64,000 nt of DNA from Octopus bimaculoides (GCF_001194135.2 NC_068987.1:14266679-14330678); one strand, 5' to 3'; shown: positions 36,330 through 50,194, numbered from the stretch's first letter. Program-made: numbers and translations. The notes: generated from the sequence alone by a model not told the origin.

Positions 36330-36690
36330 TTTTACTTGTTTCAGTCATTGATTGTGGCCATGCTGGAGCACTACCTTAAAGGGTGTTAGTTAAAGAAATC
36401 GACATGAGGACTTATTCTTTATAAGCCTAGTACATATTCTATTGACCTCTTTTGCCGAACTGTTAAGTACGGTGACATAAACACACCAGCATCATTTGTC
36501 GAGTGATGGCACAGACACACACACAAATATATACATACAACAGTCTTCTTCCAGTTTGTTTCTACCAAATCCATTCACAAGGCCTTGGTCAGCCTGAAGC
36601 TATAGTAGATGATATTTGCCCAAGGTGCCATGCAGTGGGACTGAACCCAGAACCATGTGATTGGGAGGCAAGCATCTTCCCACAGCCAGG
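36328..36690 (-). mobile_element. SINE family 1, older copy
   Basis: Same motifs as 9012-9400, more diverged. Confidence 0.8.
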
Positions 36691-37609
36691 GCTGCACCTA
36701 CATATATATATATATATATACACACACACAAAATGCTTAGTACCATTTATTTTTTCCAGTTGTTTATGTTTTGACTTCAAACCCCTCTGAGATTAACTTT
36801 ACCTTTCATTCATTTGTGATAAGATAAAGTACCAGTCCAGTACTGGTTGGTGGGGCTTGATGTAATTGACTTTTCCCAATCCACTGGCATCCTCTTCAGA
36901 GAAAATGTTGGGATCTCAACCACTTATATACCATGGAAACTAGATAACAAGCCTTATGAGTCCAAGGGCTCAAGGAAAAGAAAAAAAAAATATATGTATA
37001 ATATATATATACATCATCATCATCATCATCGTTTAACGTCCGCTTTCCATGCTAGCATGGGTTGGACGATTTGACTGAGGACTGGTGCAACCAGATGGCT
37101 ACACCAGGCTCCAAATATTTAATAATTAATAAAAGCATTTAGAAAAAACATTTAGCAAGTAGTGATTTACACAAGACAGCTACTATAATCTATATACAAA
37201 TGTCATATAAATTATTAATTAGTACAGAGGTAACAGGTATTTCATGAGTCAGTGGCAATGTAAAAATTGAAAGATTCTGTTTTGAATTGAGTTGCCATGT
37301 TTATTGTTCTCTATAGCTGGTTTTTTATTATTAATAAGGTTATTGAATACCTCAAGGTTGTCTTTTTTTAAAGTAAGTTTATCATATTCAGAATAACAAA
37401 TGAAAGGGATTACAAATGCATAGGAATCCTGTGAATGTTGTTTGTGAATGTTATATCATAGATAATTGGCTCTATCAGAATTGTTTGATAGCCATAATAG
37501 CTATAAAACCAACAGAAATTTAAGCAGAAAGCCAAGACAAAACAATTATTGTAGAATTTGAGTTCATAACTTTGAAACTCAAATACCACCGTGTGTTTGT
37601 ATATATATA

Positions 37610-37657
<48 letters not shown>

Positions 37658-37664
37658 CATATTG

Positions 37665-37734
37665 GCCAGATAACTGAAGAGATGTTGGCATGGGCTCCCA
37701 CCCTGGCATCCGAAACTCAGAGTTTTATCATGGC
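37665..37734 (+). ncRNA. Type I hammerhead ribozyme motif (third sequence family)
   Basis: gccagataa-CTGAAGA-gatgttgg...ctggcatc-c-GAA-ACTC(a)GAGT-T^ttatc(a)tggc: 9-bp helix I, near-palindromic helix III, one extra C before G12. Confidence 0.6.
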
Positions 37735-38009
37735 TACTGAATAAGTGTCACATATTTTTACAGATTAATTCCTCTATTTTCATAATATTGAGGTCTCTTT
37801 CTTTCTTTTGTTGTCCTTCCTGTCAAAAAAAAAAAAAAAAAATATATATATGTACACACACACACATGCATTTATATATTTATTAAACTTTTATAAAGAG
37901 AAGGTTGACAGTGACTTTAAAGTTTTGGCTTGCTTGCCTTAGCCAGGGAGTATGATGAAGGCAAGTAAGACAAAGCTTGGAAGTCAAAGTGAATCTTCTC
38001 GTAACAGTT

Positions 38010-38300
38010 AAATAAAAATATACTCCATTTATTTTATTGATACTGAAAGGATGAAATGCAAAGTTGACCTCAACAATAATAGTTTTTCAAATTTTGGCAC
38101 AAAGCCATCAGTTTTTCAGAAGCGTGGAGAAGTTGGTTACATTCACCCACTCAGTATACAACTGGTACTCATTTTGTCAACCCTGAAAGGATGAAAAGCA
38201 AAATCAACCTCAGTGGAATGTAAGCTCAGAATGTAAAGTCTCATGGAATACTGCTAAGCATTTTATCTGGCATGGTAATGATTCTGCTAGCTTACCACCC
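38010..38300 (-). mobile_element. Old SINE family 2 fragments
   Basis: cctgaaaggatgaaaagcaaaatcaacctcagtggaatg...ctaagcatttt is the degraded reverse complement. Confidence 0.6.
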
Positions 38301-39397
38301 TTATGATGATGATGACGATGACGATGAAATACTGTCTATGTAATCGCAAGTTTTAAAACAAACTTATAGATTTCTTAAACATTCTCTAGAACAATACAAT
38401 GTGCAAAACCAAATTCATGACACCCTAGGCATAACACCAACTTGAACTTCTAACTTGTTGTCTCTTGAGGTCTCTGGGTGAGACTTGGATTTCACTGTAT
38501 CTCATCCGTTACTCTTAATTCTTGTTATTTTTTTAAAACTGCTCCTTAGTTGGCTTATACAACTCATAAGGCCAGTTACCTGGTGTATAACTGACAGATC
38601 ACAGCATTATCCTGAATGGGATGCCAACCCAATGTGGGAGTCAAGGCCTGAAATTTTGAGGGGAGGGGACAAGTTCATTACATCACCCCCTAGTATATGC
38701 CTAGTGCTTTATTTTATCAATTCTGAAGCTGAAAAACAAAGTTGACCTTAATGAGATTTAAACTCAGAACATAAGCATCTAGAAGAAATGCTGTTAAGCA
38801 TTTTGTCCAAGAGGCTAATGATTCTGCCAGCTTACTGCCTTGTTATCTGTCATTAGTTCTTGATAATTCTTGCTAGCTCTTATATCTTATCTAATTCATG
38901 TTAATTCTAATAACTCGCCAATTTTCTACTTAGGCTAATGGTAGTCAATTAAACATAACATAGACTAAATCAATTGCGAAACAAAAGAACTTCACAAGGA
39001 TTTCAGTAGTTATGTCAATGAAAGTATAAATTGTTGGAGTTTTTTAGTCTTTTTTTTTTGCTATAGTCTTTGTCAGCTCTGCTTCAGTAAATCTATGAAT
39101 GAGGATATGTAATTAAACATATAACGCAATCAGTTTTTCTAGTTCGTGGCTCACACATCTTTTGTGTAGACAGGCTGTTTAAGATACAGCAGGACATAAA
39201 ACAAGTGGTTGTCATTTTTTTTCATGGAGCTTAGGTAGGTGCATTGAATAAATCAAGTGAATATGTTAACTTGTTATTAGCTCAAGAGCATAGCTGTAAC
39301 TCTGATTATTAGAGTGTAAAGATGTGTATGTGTGTGTGTGTGTATTTTAATACATATATATATGTATGTATGAATGTATGTATGGAGTATATGTATG

Positions 39398-39437
<40 letters not shown>

Positions 39438-39825
39438 CATGTGTGTGTGTGTTTATGCTTAGTTATAATAAAAGCAATTTTACATTAATCTAAGGGTTTA
39501 CATATATATATATGTATGTATATATATATATATATGATTCCTATATGATCAATACTCTCACAGGGGTGAGAAATGCAACTAAGATCAAAGTGGTACTCAG
39601 TATGATTAAACAAAGTACAATATGGTGGCGTAGAGCAGATATTCACGACTAAAACAAAAATACTCGTGTGTATAAAGAAGCTATCTTGTTATTGATTATT
39701 ATCTAAATTAATCACCGAAGCTCAACCTTTCTGCGCCTTCAGTCTTCCCCCTGTTTTGTCTCTGAATAAAAATATAAAAAATTAGGTTAGAGTTAACTCC
39801 CCATGTTTTCCAGCTTAGTAAAAGA

Positions 39826-39863
39826 GGGCGGTAGTCATGCTAGTAAACAGTTACGCTTCCGTC
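39826..39863 (+). promoter_or_regulatory. GC box and ETS-like motif just upstream of the CHIC2 ATG
   Basis: gggcgg at 39826 and cgcttccg at 39854. Motif match only. Confidence 0.3.
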
Positions 39864-39874
39864 TTAGTTGGAGA

Positions 39875-39987
39875 ATGGCTGATTTCGATACTATATACCA
39901 AGAAGACGATGCTGAAGTACCTTTAGAAGAATTTATCATCACTGTTCCCGATCCAGTAGTAATTCGAGGGGCAGGAAATGTCACAAT
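39875..39987 (+). CDS. CHIC2: Cysteine-rich hydrophobic domain protein (CHIC2-like), exon 1
   Basis: MADFDTIYQEDDAEVPLEEFIITVPDPVVIRGAGNVT, like the recalled vertebrate CHIC2 N-terminus (MADFDEIY...PDPVVVRGSGHVT). Donor gtaagt, phase 2. Confidence 0.95.
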
Positions 39988-41829
39988 GTAAGTACCTGTG
40001 CCTTTCTGTGCAGCCTTTTCCTCACCTGTTTCTTCTAATCAGTCTTCTATCCACCTCATGTATATAGACGACCAAACCAAGCTACAGTTGTAATTCAATG
40101 GAATTGCTTCTCTCTTCTTCCCTTTCCTTCTATGTTGATCTGAAATAACCTCTCAAAATACTCGTCTGGGAACTTGTATATCCCGTTCTATAAGTTTCAG
40201 TAATTAATATGTAGGTATATAGTGGTTTTTGCAATTTTTTTTCACCTGTGTGGACAGAGATATTTCAAAACGCTTGTTTGTCTTTCGTCGATTCCCTAAT
40301 TTTGTAGGCTTTCCTTTTTTTTCCTGCTTTCCTATTATATAGTTGTTTAGGTCACTTATGGTTGAGAAGTCTTATTTCAGCAGTCACCATTTCCTCTTAT
40401 TATTTACTATCATTTTTTTTTATAGTTTCAGGCTTAGTGTATCTGGGACGACGTTATTCAACGTGTCCAGGACGGTGTGAATTTGAAGGATATTTGGCTA
40501 CTATTTCCAACAGGTCGAGCGCTAACGCAGAGGTTTCCTTGGCTGGTTCCGTATATTGTATATGTGCGAAATTATATCTATCTATCTATCTATCTATACA
40601 TATATATATATAGATATATATAGGAGTTGTACTTGCTTGGCAAGTGACTAGACCTGAGATTGTGTGTTGACACTGAAGCAATTACATCGTAGAAGGGTCA
40701 TGTTCTCTATTTGACTGTTATTCACTTTCGTTTATTTCTTAATTGCTTCGTGTACTATAAAGTATCAGAAAGTTTCGTTGCTCTTCTGCAACCTGGCCAC
40801 TGGCTCAATTTCACTGCATGTCCTTGGTGGTGATGATTAGAATATTAGAAAGAACTTAAATATGGCTTATGTACAAAACAAACTTTCTATATATCACTCT
40901 GAGAAAATTCCCAGAAATTGAACAGAATCTGGATATTTCTCACGTTTCATTGTTGATAGGAATATTAAAGCCCAACACCAAAGTTTAATATAAGAATATG
41001 TTGTAAGGTGGGGCAAGTCTAAGAGTTGTTTTCGCAGGTCTGAATGATTAAAAAAAAATTCTTATTAAACGTAAACATTGGTATAATGAAAGAGACTGTT
41101 GTGGTGGTGCCTGCGGGAAAAATCTTTGCCTTAGCAGGGAAGAATGGCTTTAAAACGCTTGTCGTATAGTCACTGTGTGTCCGTATTCTGTTGCACGAGA
41201 AAATCCTTTCCTTATCATGTTTTTTTCCCCCTTCAAATGGAACAAAACTTTAAAACACAAAGAAAAAGAGCCCGAAGCAAGGTTAAAAAAACCCCAATTA
41301 CATTTGATGCATTCTGTATTGTTGTTTAGCGCCAGGTCAAAGGCAATTAACGTCCTTTGTTTTTTTTGTTCTTTCCAGTATAGTGTATATGTTTCCTTCC
41401 ATTTTAAGACCGTATAATGTGATTTGAGGGAGATTTAGTTACTGTTTCTAGTATGTCGAATAATACATGAGGGCTACCACATGCGTTCTGTGTCTTACAC
41501 ACGGGTGCTTTTGATTGGAGTTTCCCCCCCACTTTCGTTTCCTTTTTGTATATGTTTAGTAAGATAACAGGGTAATGCCGTTACTTGGATAGGTAGGTAG
41601 ATAAGAAGACCAAACATCCTTTTGTATATGGTATTGATGCGTGTGGGTTTCAAATTTACCTTAAACTCATCTCACAAGCCTTTGTATAAGCACACAGAGT
41701 AGGTTGCTAGCTAGGTGGCTGTAATTGTTTCGTCCCAGGTCTGCTCTGATCAAATTGATTTATGATGGTCCGACGTAGTGCAGCTATTACCATCCTATCT
41801 TAATTGCTGTTGTAGATTTCCTTGGACTG

Positions 41830-42031
41830 CAGGGTGTCCACAAGGTCTGGGTACATGGAGTAAATAAAATCATAACATAATTAAATATAAAAAAATTCTT
41901 AAACTATGTGTTAATCCCCATGTGGGTACATGGAGTAAATAAAATCATAACATAAACAATTAAGTATAAGAAATAATAATTTCTTAAAGTATGTTAATCC
42001 TCATGTACCCAGACTTTGTGGACACCCTGTA
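41830..42031. mobile_element. Tc1/mariner-type MITE with an internal tandem duplication
   Basis: cagggtgtccacaaggtctgggtacatg / catgtacccagactttgtggacaccctgta. gggtacatggagtaaataaaatcataacata occurs twice inside. Confidence 0.85.
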
Positions 42032-42334
42032 TATTATCCTATCCCAGTGTGTTCCTTATTCCTTTTTACAGAAAGCACATCGTGGTTTAACGAAAATTTA
42101 GCTGCTAGGTGTAGCAGGCTGAGCGGTCGCATGTCGTGGTTGATGTTTTTATTTGGGTAATTTTTATTGTTGTTGTCATGGTTTCCGATATGATTCCCTC
42201 CATCCACACATTACTAAATTTAGAGGAGTGATTTCTAATCCATTCTGTGTCGCCGTACCCCTAGGTTAAATCTTAAACCCACGACAAAAAGTATTATCGC
42301 ATTGGAAGACGAAAGGGTCAGTTCTTTTTTTCTA

Positions 42335-42685
42335 TTATTCTTTTACTTGTTTCAGTCATTAGACTGCGGCCATACTGGAACACGACCTTGAAGAATGTTA
42401 GTCGAATGTATCGACCCCCGATACTTTTGTTTTAAACCGGGCACTTATTCTGTTGGTCATTTTAGCCGAACCGCTAAGTTACGGGGATATAAACACACCA
42501 ACACCAGTTGTCAAGTGATGGTCACACACACAACGCGCGTCTTTCAATTTCCGTCGACCAAATCCTCTCACAAGGCTTTGGCCGGCCCAAAACTATAGTA
42601 GACACTAGTCCAAAGTGACACACAACGGAACTGAACTCGGAACTATGTGGTTGGGAAGTAAACTTCTTAACGCACACGAGCATGC
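42335..42685 (-). mobile_element. SINE family 1
   Basis: Matches 9012-9400. Confidence 0.85.
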
Positions 42686-43067
42686 CTGAAATTGAGCTGA
42701 AATTGAGTTCAATGGGACAATAGTCTTGGTGTATTTAATAGGACACCGAGACAAAGTTATTTTTAAGAGGAAATCAATAATACTATTTTGAAAATCGATT
42801 TTAATACAGTGTATACGTTCCCCTCTTTATTTGTACCTCTTGGGAGATAGGGGAATCCCGGGTAAGGAACTCTTGACTTAGTGATGGGAGGAAGGGTAGC
42901 TCTTATGGTCCTTGTTAGGGTGTCTTTCAGAGAATGGCAGGAGGAAGGGAGAAAGTTATTCTTAAATCGAAGCCCTGATCCAAATGCTTGCAACTGCGGG
43001 AACTCCACTAAAAGGCTCCCGAGTGTTCATGTGATGGTGTTAAACCAGGTCACAAAGAAGTCACACT

Positions 43068-43427
43068 GTTACTCTTTTACTTGTTTCAGTCATTTGACTG
43101 CGGCCATGCTGGAGCACCGCCTTTAGTCGAGCAAATCGACCCCAGGACTTATTCTTTGTAAGCCTAGTACTTATTCTATCGGCTCTTTTGCCGAACCGCT
43201 AAGTTACGGGACGTAAACACACCAGCATCGGTTGTCAAGCGATGTTGGGGGGGACACAGACACAAACATATACACACATACATATATATACGACGGGCTT
43301 CTTTCAGTTTCCGTCTACCAAATCCACTCACAAGGCTTTGGTCGGCCCGAGGCTATAGTAGAAGACACTTGCCCAAGGTGCCACGCAGTGGGAATGAACC
43401 CGGAACCATGTGGTTGATAAGCAAGCG
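43068..43427 (-). mobile_element. SINE family 1, young copy with truncated head
   Basis: Close match to 9012-9400; CpGs retained. Confidence 0.9.
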
Positions 43428-44976
43428 TTGTTGTTATTGGTTTTTGTTGTGATGATGGTCGTGGCGGTGGTTAATCTTGTTTATGTTGATTTTATTGACA
43501 TTGCTGTCAATGTTACGTTGATTGCTGAGATTTTCGTTGGTATAATAATTTTTTGTTTAGGAACATTGAATCTGTTGCGGAGCAAATGAAGCTATAAATA
43601 TCAGTTTCGAATAGAAAATGTCGAACGCTACAAATGTTTTTTTTCTAATTTTTAACTGCTGCTGAATTTAGCTCTATGGTAAAAAAAAACTAGGATCAGA
43701 GTCATGCCATCGATGATCACTCCGTCGAATTGTACACCTAGAACGTCTTTCCGAAATACATTATCCTGTGGGTCATCTTTTTTTTCTGTAGGTGAGATTT
43801 GGTTGTTACTTCTAGCAGACCAAGTCGAGCAGCCACGTGGAAACTCTCTCGTTGCTCTAGGCTAAACCTTATTGAACAGAATTCAATGCATTCCTGCCAT
43901 CACGGTTCTGTCTTTTTTTTTTTTTTTTTTTTTTCAAGAAGTGTTCAGTTCAGGACTCCATTCTCGATTGTCGCCTTTTTATTTTAAACGGTACAGTGTG
44001 ATATGAAAGATATAATTTTGGCTGTTGTTTCTAGCTTGTTTGGTGACCACTTATAAAATCCCTCGTGTGTTTACGAGGCGGGTGGGGGTCGCTTATCTGG
44101 TGGAATATTTAGAAAATAAGCCTGATCCAATGCAAGCGGCGGTGGTGGTGGGAATGTATCGGGGCTGGGGTGGGAGGCAGATTTTAGTTAATGTGCAAAG
44201 TCGGATATGTATGTAAGGAAGGAATTTCAACCATGTTTCAACCTGCTACAGTTAGCTCAAGACATCATCAGGGGGAACCACGTCCGGTTTAGACCCCTAC
44301 TCTACCGTTTTGACGTTGGGGACCGCCCCCACCTTTCGGAGGTGTCTTCAGCTCTGGTGTTGGGTGCATGTCTTCTTTCTTCTATTCCCTGGCTTCTTCG
44401 ATGCAGCATCAACAAGTGTCAGCGTCCGACTGACTGTCTTGTCAAATTCCCCTTTTTATACCTGCTGCTAGGCTCCAGCAGGCTGCCCCAGCAAGTTGTC
44501 ACGTGACACTGTCTAAACTTCCCGCTGGTAGGCTCCAGCAAGTTGTCACGTGACACTGTCTAAACTTTAACTGATAATGGAAGCCACTTCAGTGTCTCAC
44601 CTAATGATGTGTGTGACTTTCACATAAACTGTTCAGTTGGAACAGACACGGTGACTTCGTTTCAGCTGTCATAACATTTTACTCTGTCTCTCATAATAGA
44701 TTTATGTGGAAATTTAACGACACCTTATCTACCCGGATATTATACAGTCTTTTAAAATATTTGATTATTTTATTTTTTTGGTAGATGATAACAGGACAGG
44801 AAATTGAATATACGCTCAGTGTTTGTGTGTCTCTCACATCAGTTGTTTTACTTCTCTTGTCCCAACAAACTAAACCACCCTCACCTATGAAACTACTATT
44901 CATCACAAATAGATCCTTTACAAAACTGTAACAAACGGTCTTCATTAAACCAATAACAAAATTATTAGAACTACCA

Positions 44977-45345
44977 TAGCGTGGCTGTGTGGGAAGAAGT
45001 TTGGTTGTCAACCACATTGTTCCAGGATCTGTCCCACTGTGTGGTACCTTGGATCTATTCCAGCCAAAGGCCGACCAAAAACTTGTGAGTGGATTTGGTA
45101 GATGGAAGCTGAAACAAGCCTCTGTATGTGTGTGTGTGTGTGTATTTGTTTGTCCTCCCACCACTGCTTGAAAGCTGGTGTTGGTTTGTTTATTTCCTCA
45201 TAACTTAGAAGTTTAGCAAAAGAGACCAATAGGATTAGTATCAGGCTTTAAAAAAATTAGTAGTGAGTCCATTTGTTTGACTAAACTCTACAAGGTGGTG
45301 TCTCAGCATGCCCATAGTCCAGTGATTGGAACAAGTAAAAAGACA
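44977..45345 (+). mobile_element. SINE family 1
   Basis: gcgtggctgtgtgg head through ggaacaagtaaaaga tail. Confidence 0.8.
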
Positions 45346-45889
45346 CACACACATCTTTTTATCTTTGACTTATTTCAATCATTCTACTGCGGTTAGAATT
45401 AGCAGCTAAATCTTCATCATCATTATCATCGTTTAACATCCACTTTCTATGCTGGCATGGGCTGGACAGTTTGACACAGAGCTGGGCAGCTGGGAGCTGT
45501 CCAGACTCCAATTGTCTGTTGTGGCATAATTTGTATGGCTGGATCAACTGTTTAACAGTGTGTGCTGGGTGCGTTTACACAGCACCGGCTCGGTGGCACT
45601 GGCACCTAAAAGGACAAACCTGTATGTGTGGAAGATGGTGATTGATGACGATTGTTCTGTGGTTAGAGTTGTTAAAATTAGCAGCCAAATCTTCTTCAAA
45701 TCAAACTTCTCCTATTGTCTAAATAAATGGTTCTTTACCTGTTTCTGGTTTAATACCTCCTTTCAAATATTTGTAACAGCTAACATCCACCCTGCCAATA
45801 ACTTTGACAGTCTGTAATCACTTCCTAATTTATAAAAATACAATGAATTTTACAAGCTGAGGTCATTATTATCTTCATATTTACATCTA

Positions 45890-46255
45890 GACATAGCATG
45901 GTTGTGTGGTTAAGAAGCTCACTTTGCAAGCATGTGGTTTTGGGTTCAGTCCCACAATACAGCACCTTGGGCAAATATCTTCTATAGCCTCAGGCTGACC
46001 AAGCCTTGTGGGTGAATTTGGTAGATGGAAACCCATCGTGTGTGTCTTTGTGTATGTCTGTTGTCCTGTCGCCACTTGACATCTGCTGTTGTTAGTTTGT
46101 TTACATCCCTGTAATCTAGTGGTTTGGCAAAACAGACCGATAGAGTAAATACCAGGCTTTAAAAAAAATAAGTACTGGGGTTGATTTGTTTGGTTAAATC
46201 CTTCAAGGTGGTGCTCCAGTATGACCGCAATCAAATGACTGAAACAAGTAAAATA
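45890..46255 (+). mobile_element. SINE family 1
   Basis: gcatggttgtgtggttaagaagc head through gactgaaacaagtaaaa tail. Confidence 0.8.
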
Positions 46256-47249
46256 ATAAAAAAAAAAAAAAAACTTTAAACAATGAACACGGATGGATAT
46301 AACTTATTACTGTAAATGAAAAAAAAAAATGTGTTAACTTCAATGAAAAGGAAGCAAACAAAAAGAAAAAATTACATGGTTTATAATTTAATGACAATTC
46401 TGAATCCGATGACAATTTGCTAATTTTTTTCGATATCAAGCTTTCAGTGTTTTTGACTGATGATGTCTCAATTCTCCTCTTGCAGTTATTTACAATCTGG
46501 TTCATTGTTTAGTTTACAATTACAACAGAACACTGAATCCACTTACAACAAAATATAACGAAGTAAAAAACAATGAGTAGCTGTTTTATTTCTTGCTAAA
46601 GCTTAGAGTTTTTGTTTTGCAAATGTAGCCGGGTTATGTCTTCCATATTGTCATTTTTAACCTCCACTTTTCACTTTTCCCCTGCTTGCATGGGTAGGAT
46701 AGAGTTTATTGAGGCAGATTGTCTATGGTCAGATGCCTTTCTTGTTACCTATCCTCACCTGTTTCCAGGCAAGGTAATATTTCCCCATGGACAGACATGG
46801 TCTCACAGAATATTAGAAATGAATGATATTGTTTGTATGACTGACAATAATCATGCAAAGTTAAGACAAGGAGATGCACCCCCCCACACACTCACATATA
46901 TATATGTGTGTGTGTGTGTGTGTGACAGGCTTTCAGTTTCTGTTTGGCAAGTCCACTCACAAAGCTTTGGTTGGACTGGAGCTATAGTAGAAGGCGCTTG
47001 GCCAAAATGCTACTCAGTAGGACTGAACCCTGAACCATGTAGTTGGGAAGCAAGCTTCTTACCACACAGCCATGCCTGTGCCTACTTTGTTGAAATTCTG
47101 CATAAATTTCAAAATGATTTTGTGAGTTTGTTAACCTTTTTGATACCTACCTGCTTGAGACATTGAATTAGTGCAGTACTCAGGTCAGTAGTAGTCTTCT
47201 TTCAGGTATCCCATAGAAAATAATAAACTTATATGTGTGTGTGTATGGG

Positions 47250-47612
47250 TGCAGGCATAGCTGTGTGGTAAGAAGCTTGCTTCCCAATTGCATGGTTCTG
47301 AGTTCAGTCCCACTGTGTGGCACCTTGGGTATGTGTTTCTACTAACCTTGAGCCAACCAAAGTCTTGTGAATGGATTTGGGCGGCAGAGACTAAAAGAAG
47401 CTTGTTGTTTGTGTGTTTGTCCCCCACCACTGCTTGACAACCAGTGTTGGTGTGTTTATGTCCTTGTAATTTAGCAGTTTGGTGAAAGAGATTGATAGCA
47501 TAAATATCAGGCATAAAAAAAAATCGATTCTGGGGTTGATTCATTCAACTAAAAATTCTTCAAGGCAGTGCCCCAGCATGGTCGCAGTCTAATGACTGAA
47601 ACAAGTAAAAGA
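47250..47612 (+). mobile_element. SINE family 1
   Basis: gcaggcatagctgtgtggtaagaagc head through gactgaaacaagtaaaag tail. Confidence 0.8.
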
Positions 47613-48149
47613 TAAAAGACATTTATCTAGCAATCAATATATATATATGTACACACACACATATAAATACAAGCATATGTACACATATACATATATACAT
47701 ACATGTTGTTGTCTCTCATCTACTTTTTCTACAAATGGGTAACCTGTTTTGAAACAGCTCGTCAACTTGTATTGATTATTAATAATCATTTTATATTTGT
47801 GGTAATATGTCTTGGTTCTACTGAATGCAGAATATCGACTTGGTGTGTATGTGGTAGACAGACTGAGTTGAAATTTCCTTTAATTTGTGTTTTTCTTTTG
47901 AAATGGGGTTCATAAATAAAATACACAGTTAATTTTTAAGTTTCTATGTACCTACATTTGTGTATGTATATGTCTATACATGTGTGTGTATACATAGATA
48001 TATATGTGAATATATATATATTTATGGATTATATAGTTGTATATATGGTTTATATATAGTTATATATATATATATACATGGGTTTATATATAGTTATATA
48101 TATACATGAATTTATATATAGCTGTATATATGGGTTTATATATAGTTGT

Positions 48150-48450
48150 ACATACAGGGTGTGGTGAATACTCTGTCATCTAAATTATGCAAAAATGAAA
48201 ATAACTCTATCTCATTTTAACAGATATATTTACCAACATTACATAAAAATATCTTGAAATACTAAAGAGTACATTTATTCAATAAAATTGCCATTGGCTT
48301 CAACCATGGCCTCCAGACGACTTCTGAATCTCCTGCAACTCTTCTGGATGGTCTCCTTGTTTAAGTTGGTGAATGCTGCCATAATCCTTGCCTTCAGTTT
48401 ATCTTTGGTGTTACAAAGGAGTTTTGTTGGTCTCTCACTCAACTGCGACC
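48150..48450 (-). mobile_element. Tc1/mariner transposase C-terminus and 3' end
   Basis: Minus strand NTKDKLKARIMAAFTNLNKETIQKSCRRFRSRLEAMVEANGNFIE*, ending in tacagggtg. Confidence 0.8.
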
Positions 48451-48715
48451 CAGAGGTCTCGGATTATGGTCTCACTTGGCTTGCCGGGTCTTCTCACGCA
48501 CAGCATATTTCCAAAGGTCTCGGTCACAAGTCATTGCCTCAGTGAGGCCTAATGTTCGAAGGTCGTGCTTCACCACCTCATCCCAGGTCTACCTCTTCCA
48601 CAAGTTCCCTCAACCGCTAGGGTATGGCACTTTTTCACACAGCTATCCTCATCCATTCTCGCCACATGACCATACCAGCCACAATCGTCTCTCTTGCACA
48701 CCACAACTGATGCTT
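48450..48715 (-). mobile_element. RTE LINE ORF end
   Basis: Minus strand TWDEVVKHDLRTLGLTEAMTCDRDLWKYAVREKTRQAK*; same family as 35477. Confidence 0.8.
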
Positions 48716-48721
48716 TATATA

Positions 48722-49110
48722 TATTCTTGTTTCAGTCATTTGACTGTGTCCATGCTGGAGCACTGCCTTGAAGGGATCTAGTGGAACAAATTGACCCCAG
48801 GATTTATTTCTTAAGCCTAGTACTTATTCTATCAATCACTTTTTCCAAACCACTAAATTACGGGGATGTAAAAAAAATACCAACACTGGTTGTCAAGCAG
48901 TGGTGGGGCGGACAAACTTGTCTACAAAGACACACGTGCACATATACACACGACAGGCTTCTTTCAGTTTCCATCTACCAAATTCACTCACAGGGCTTTG
49001 GTTGGCCTGAGGCTATAGTAGAAAGCACTTGCCCAAGGTGTCACACAATGGGACTGAACCTGGAACCATGTGGTTGGGAAGCAAGTTTCCTACCACATAG
49101 CCACTCCAGA
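48722..49110 (-). mobile_element. SINE family 1
   Basis: Matches 9012-9400. Confidence 0.85.
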
Positions 49111-49509
49111 CGTGTGTGTGTGTGTATATAAAGCTTCTTCTCACACAACCACACCAGGCATGTGTGGGTATTAGTCAATGGAATTTTAGCAGTCTGATTT
49201 TTCACATTTTATTTTTGTATTTGTTACAATATTACATATAATATTACAAGTACTTTTATTCTTTCTGCAATCAATGTGTGTGTGTGTGTGTTTTGTGATA
49301 CGAACAGGAAAATAGAACTCGAGACATAAGTATGTATATATTCTATTAATAATCAAGCTGAAGTTAGTTACTTAAATACTGAGTTTTGTGCATCACTTTT
49401 AAGACTTGATTAGTAATAAAATGTATGTTTATGTAGATGTGTGAATGTATGTGTGGATATATGTGTATTTATGTGTATATTCATGTATATATATATTTAT
49501 ATATCCCTC

Positions 49510-49910
49510 CCCCCCCAGCTTGCAAAGACTTATTGGGGCAAGCGAAAGCGAAATTGGGATGGCACCTGTGCCCAGCGTCGTTTTTCTGGCACTTGTGCCC
49601 GTGACATGTGTAAAGATTTTCGAGCGAGATCATTGCCAGTGCCCCTGGACTGGCTCTTGTGCGGGTGGCACATAAAATACACCATTTTGAGCACGGCCGT
49701 TGCCAGTATCGCCTGATTGGCCTTCGTACCGGTGGCATGTAAAAGCACCCACTACACTCTCTGAGTGGTTGGCGTTAGGAAGGGCATTCAGCTGTAGAAA
49801 CTCTGCCAAATCAGATTGGAGGCTGGTGCAGCCATCTGGTTTCACCAGTCCTCAGTCAAATCGTCCAACCCATGCTAGTATGGAAAGCGGACGTTAAACG
49901 ATGATGATGA
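49510..49910 (+). mobile_element. RTE LINE 3' UTR, about 400 bp, with (GAT)n tail
   Basis: Longest copy of the tail family; ends gacgttaaacgatgatgatga. Confidence 0.8.
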
Positions 49911-50194
49911 TATATAATTAATTTATTAACGATGGCATGTACTGAGTGTGCTCTTACTCTTTCGGTTGAAAACATTACAGTATTAAGACGATACAGAAAC
50001 CAAACAAAACCGGTTATACAAAAAGCTGATTCTGTACTGAGCAACTTCTGTGTTTACATTAGTCAATAGTGAAGCCTCTCTGAGATGTAGCTCAACCTGT
50101 TAGAAATAGTAGCCAAATCTTCCTCAAAATCAAACTCCAGTTGCCTTAACCTCTTCTATGTTCAAAGCATTTTTATAAGCTTGTTTTAAACATC

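Noticed and set aside
39803-39874. 24-codon upstream extension of CHIC2
   Set aside because: It relies on the ORF caller's start; homology begins at MADF (39875).
44207-44676. Solo LTR (TG...CA ends, TATA on the minus strand) and a minus-strand CTGATGA...GAAAC motif
   Set aside because: No target-site duplication found; helix II is weak and helix I does not form.
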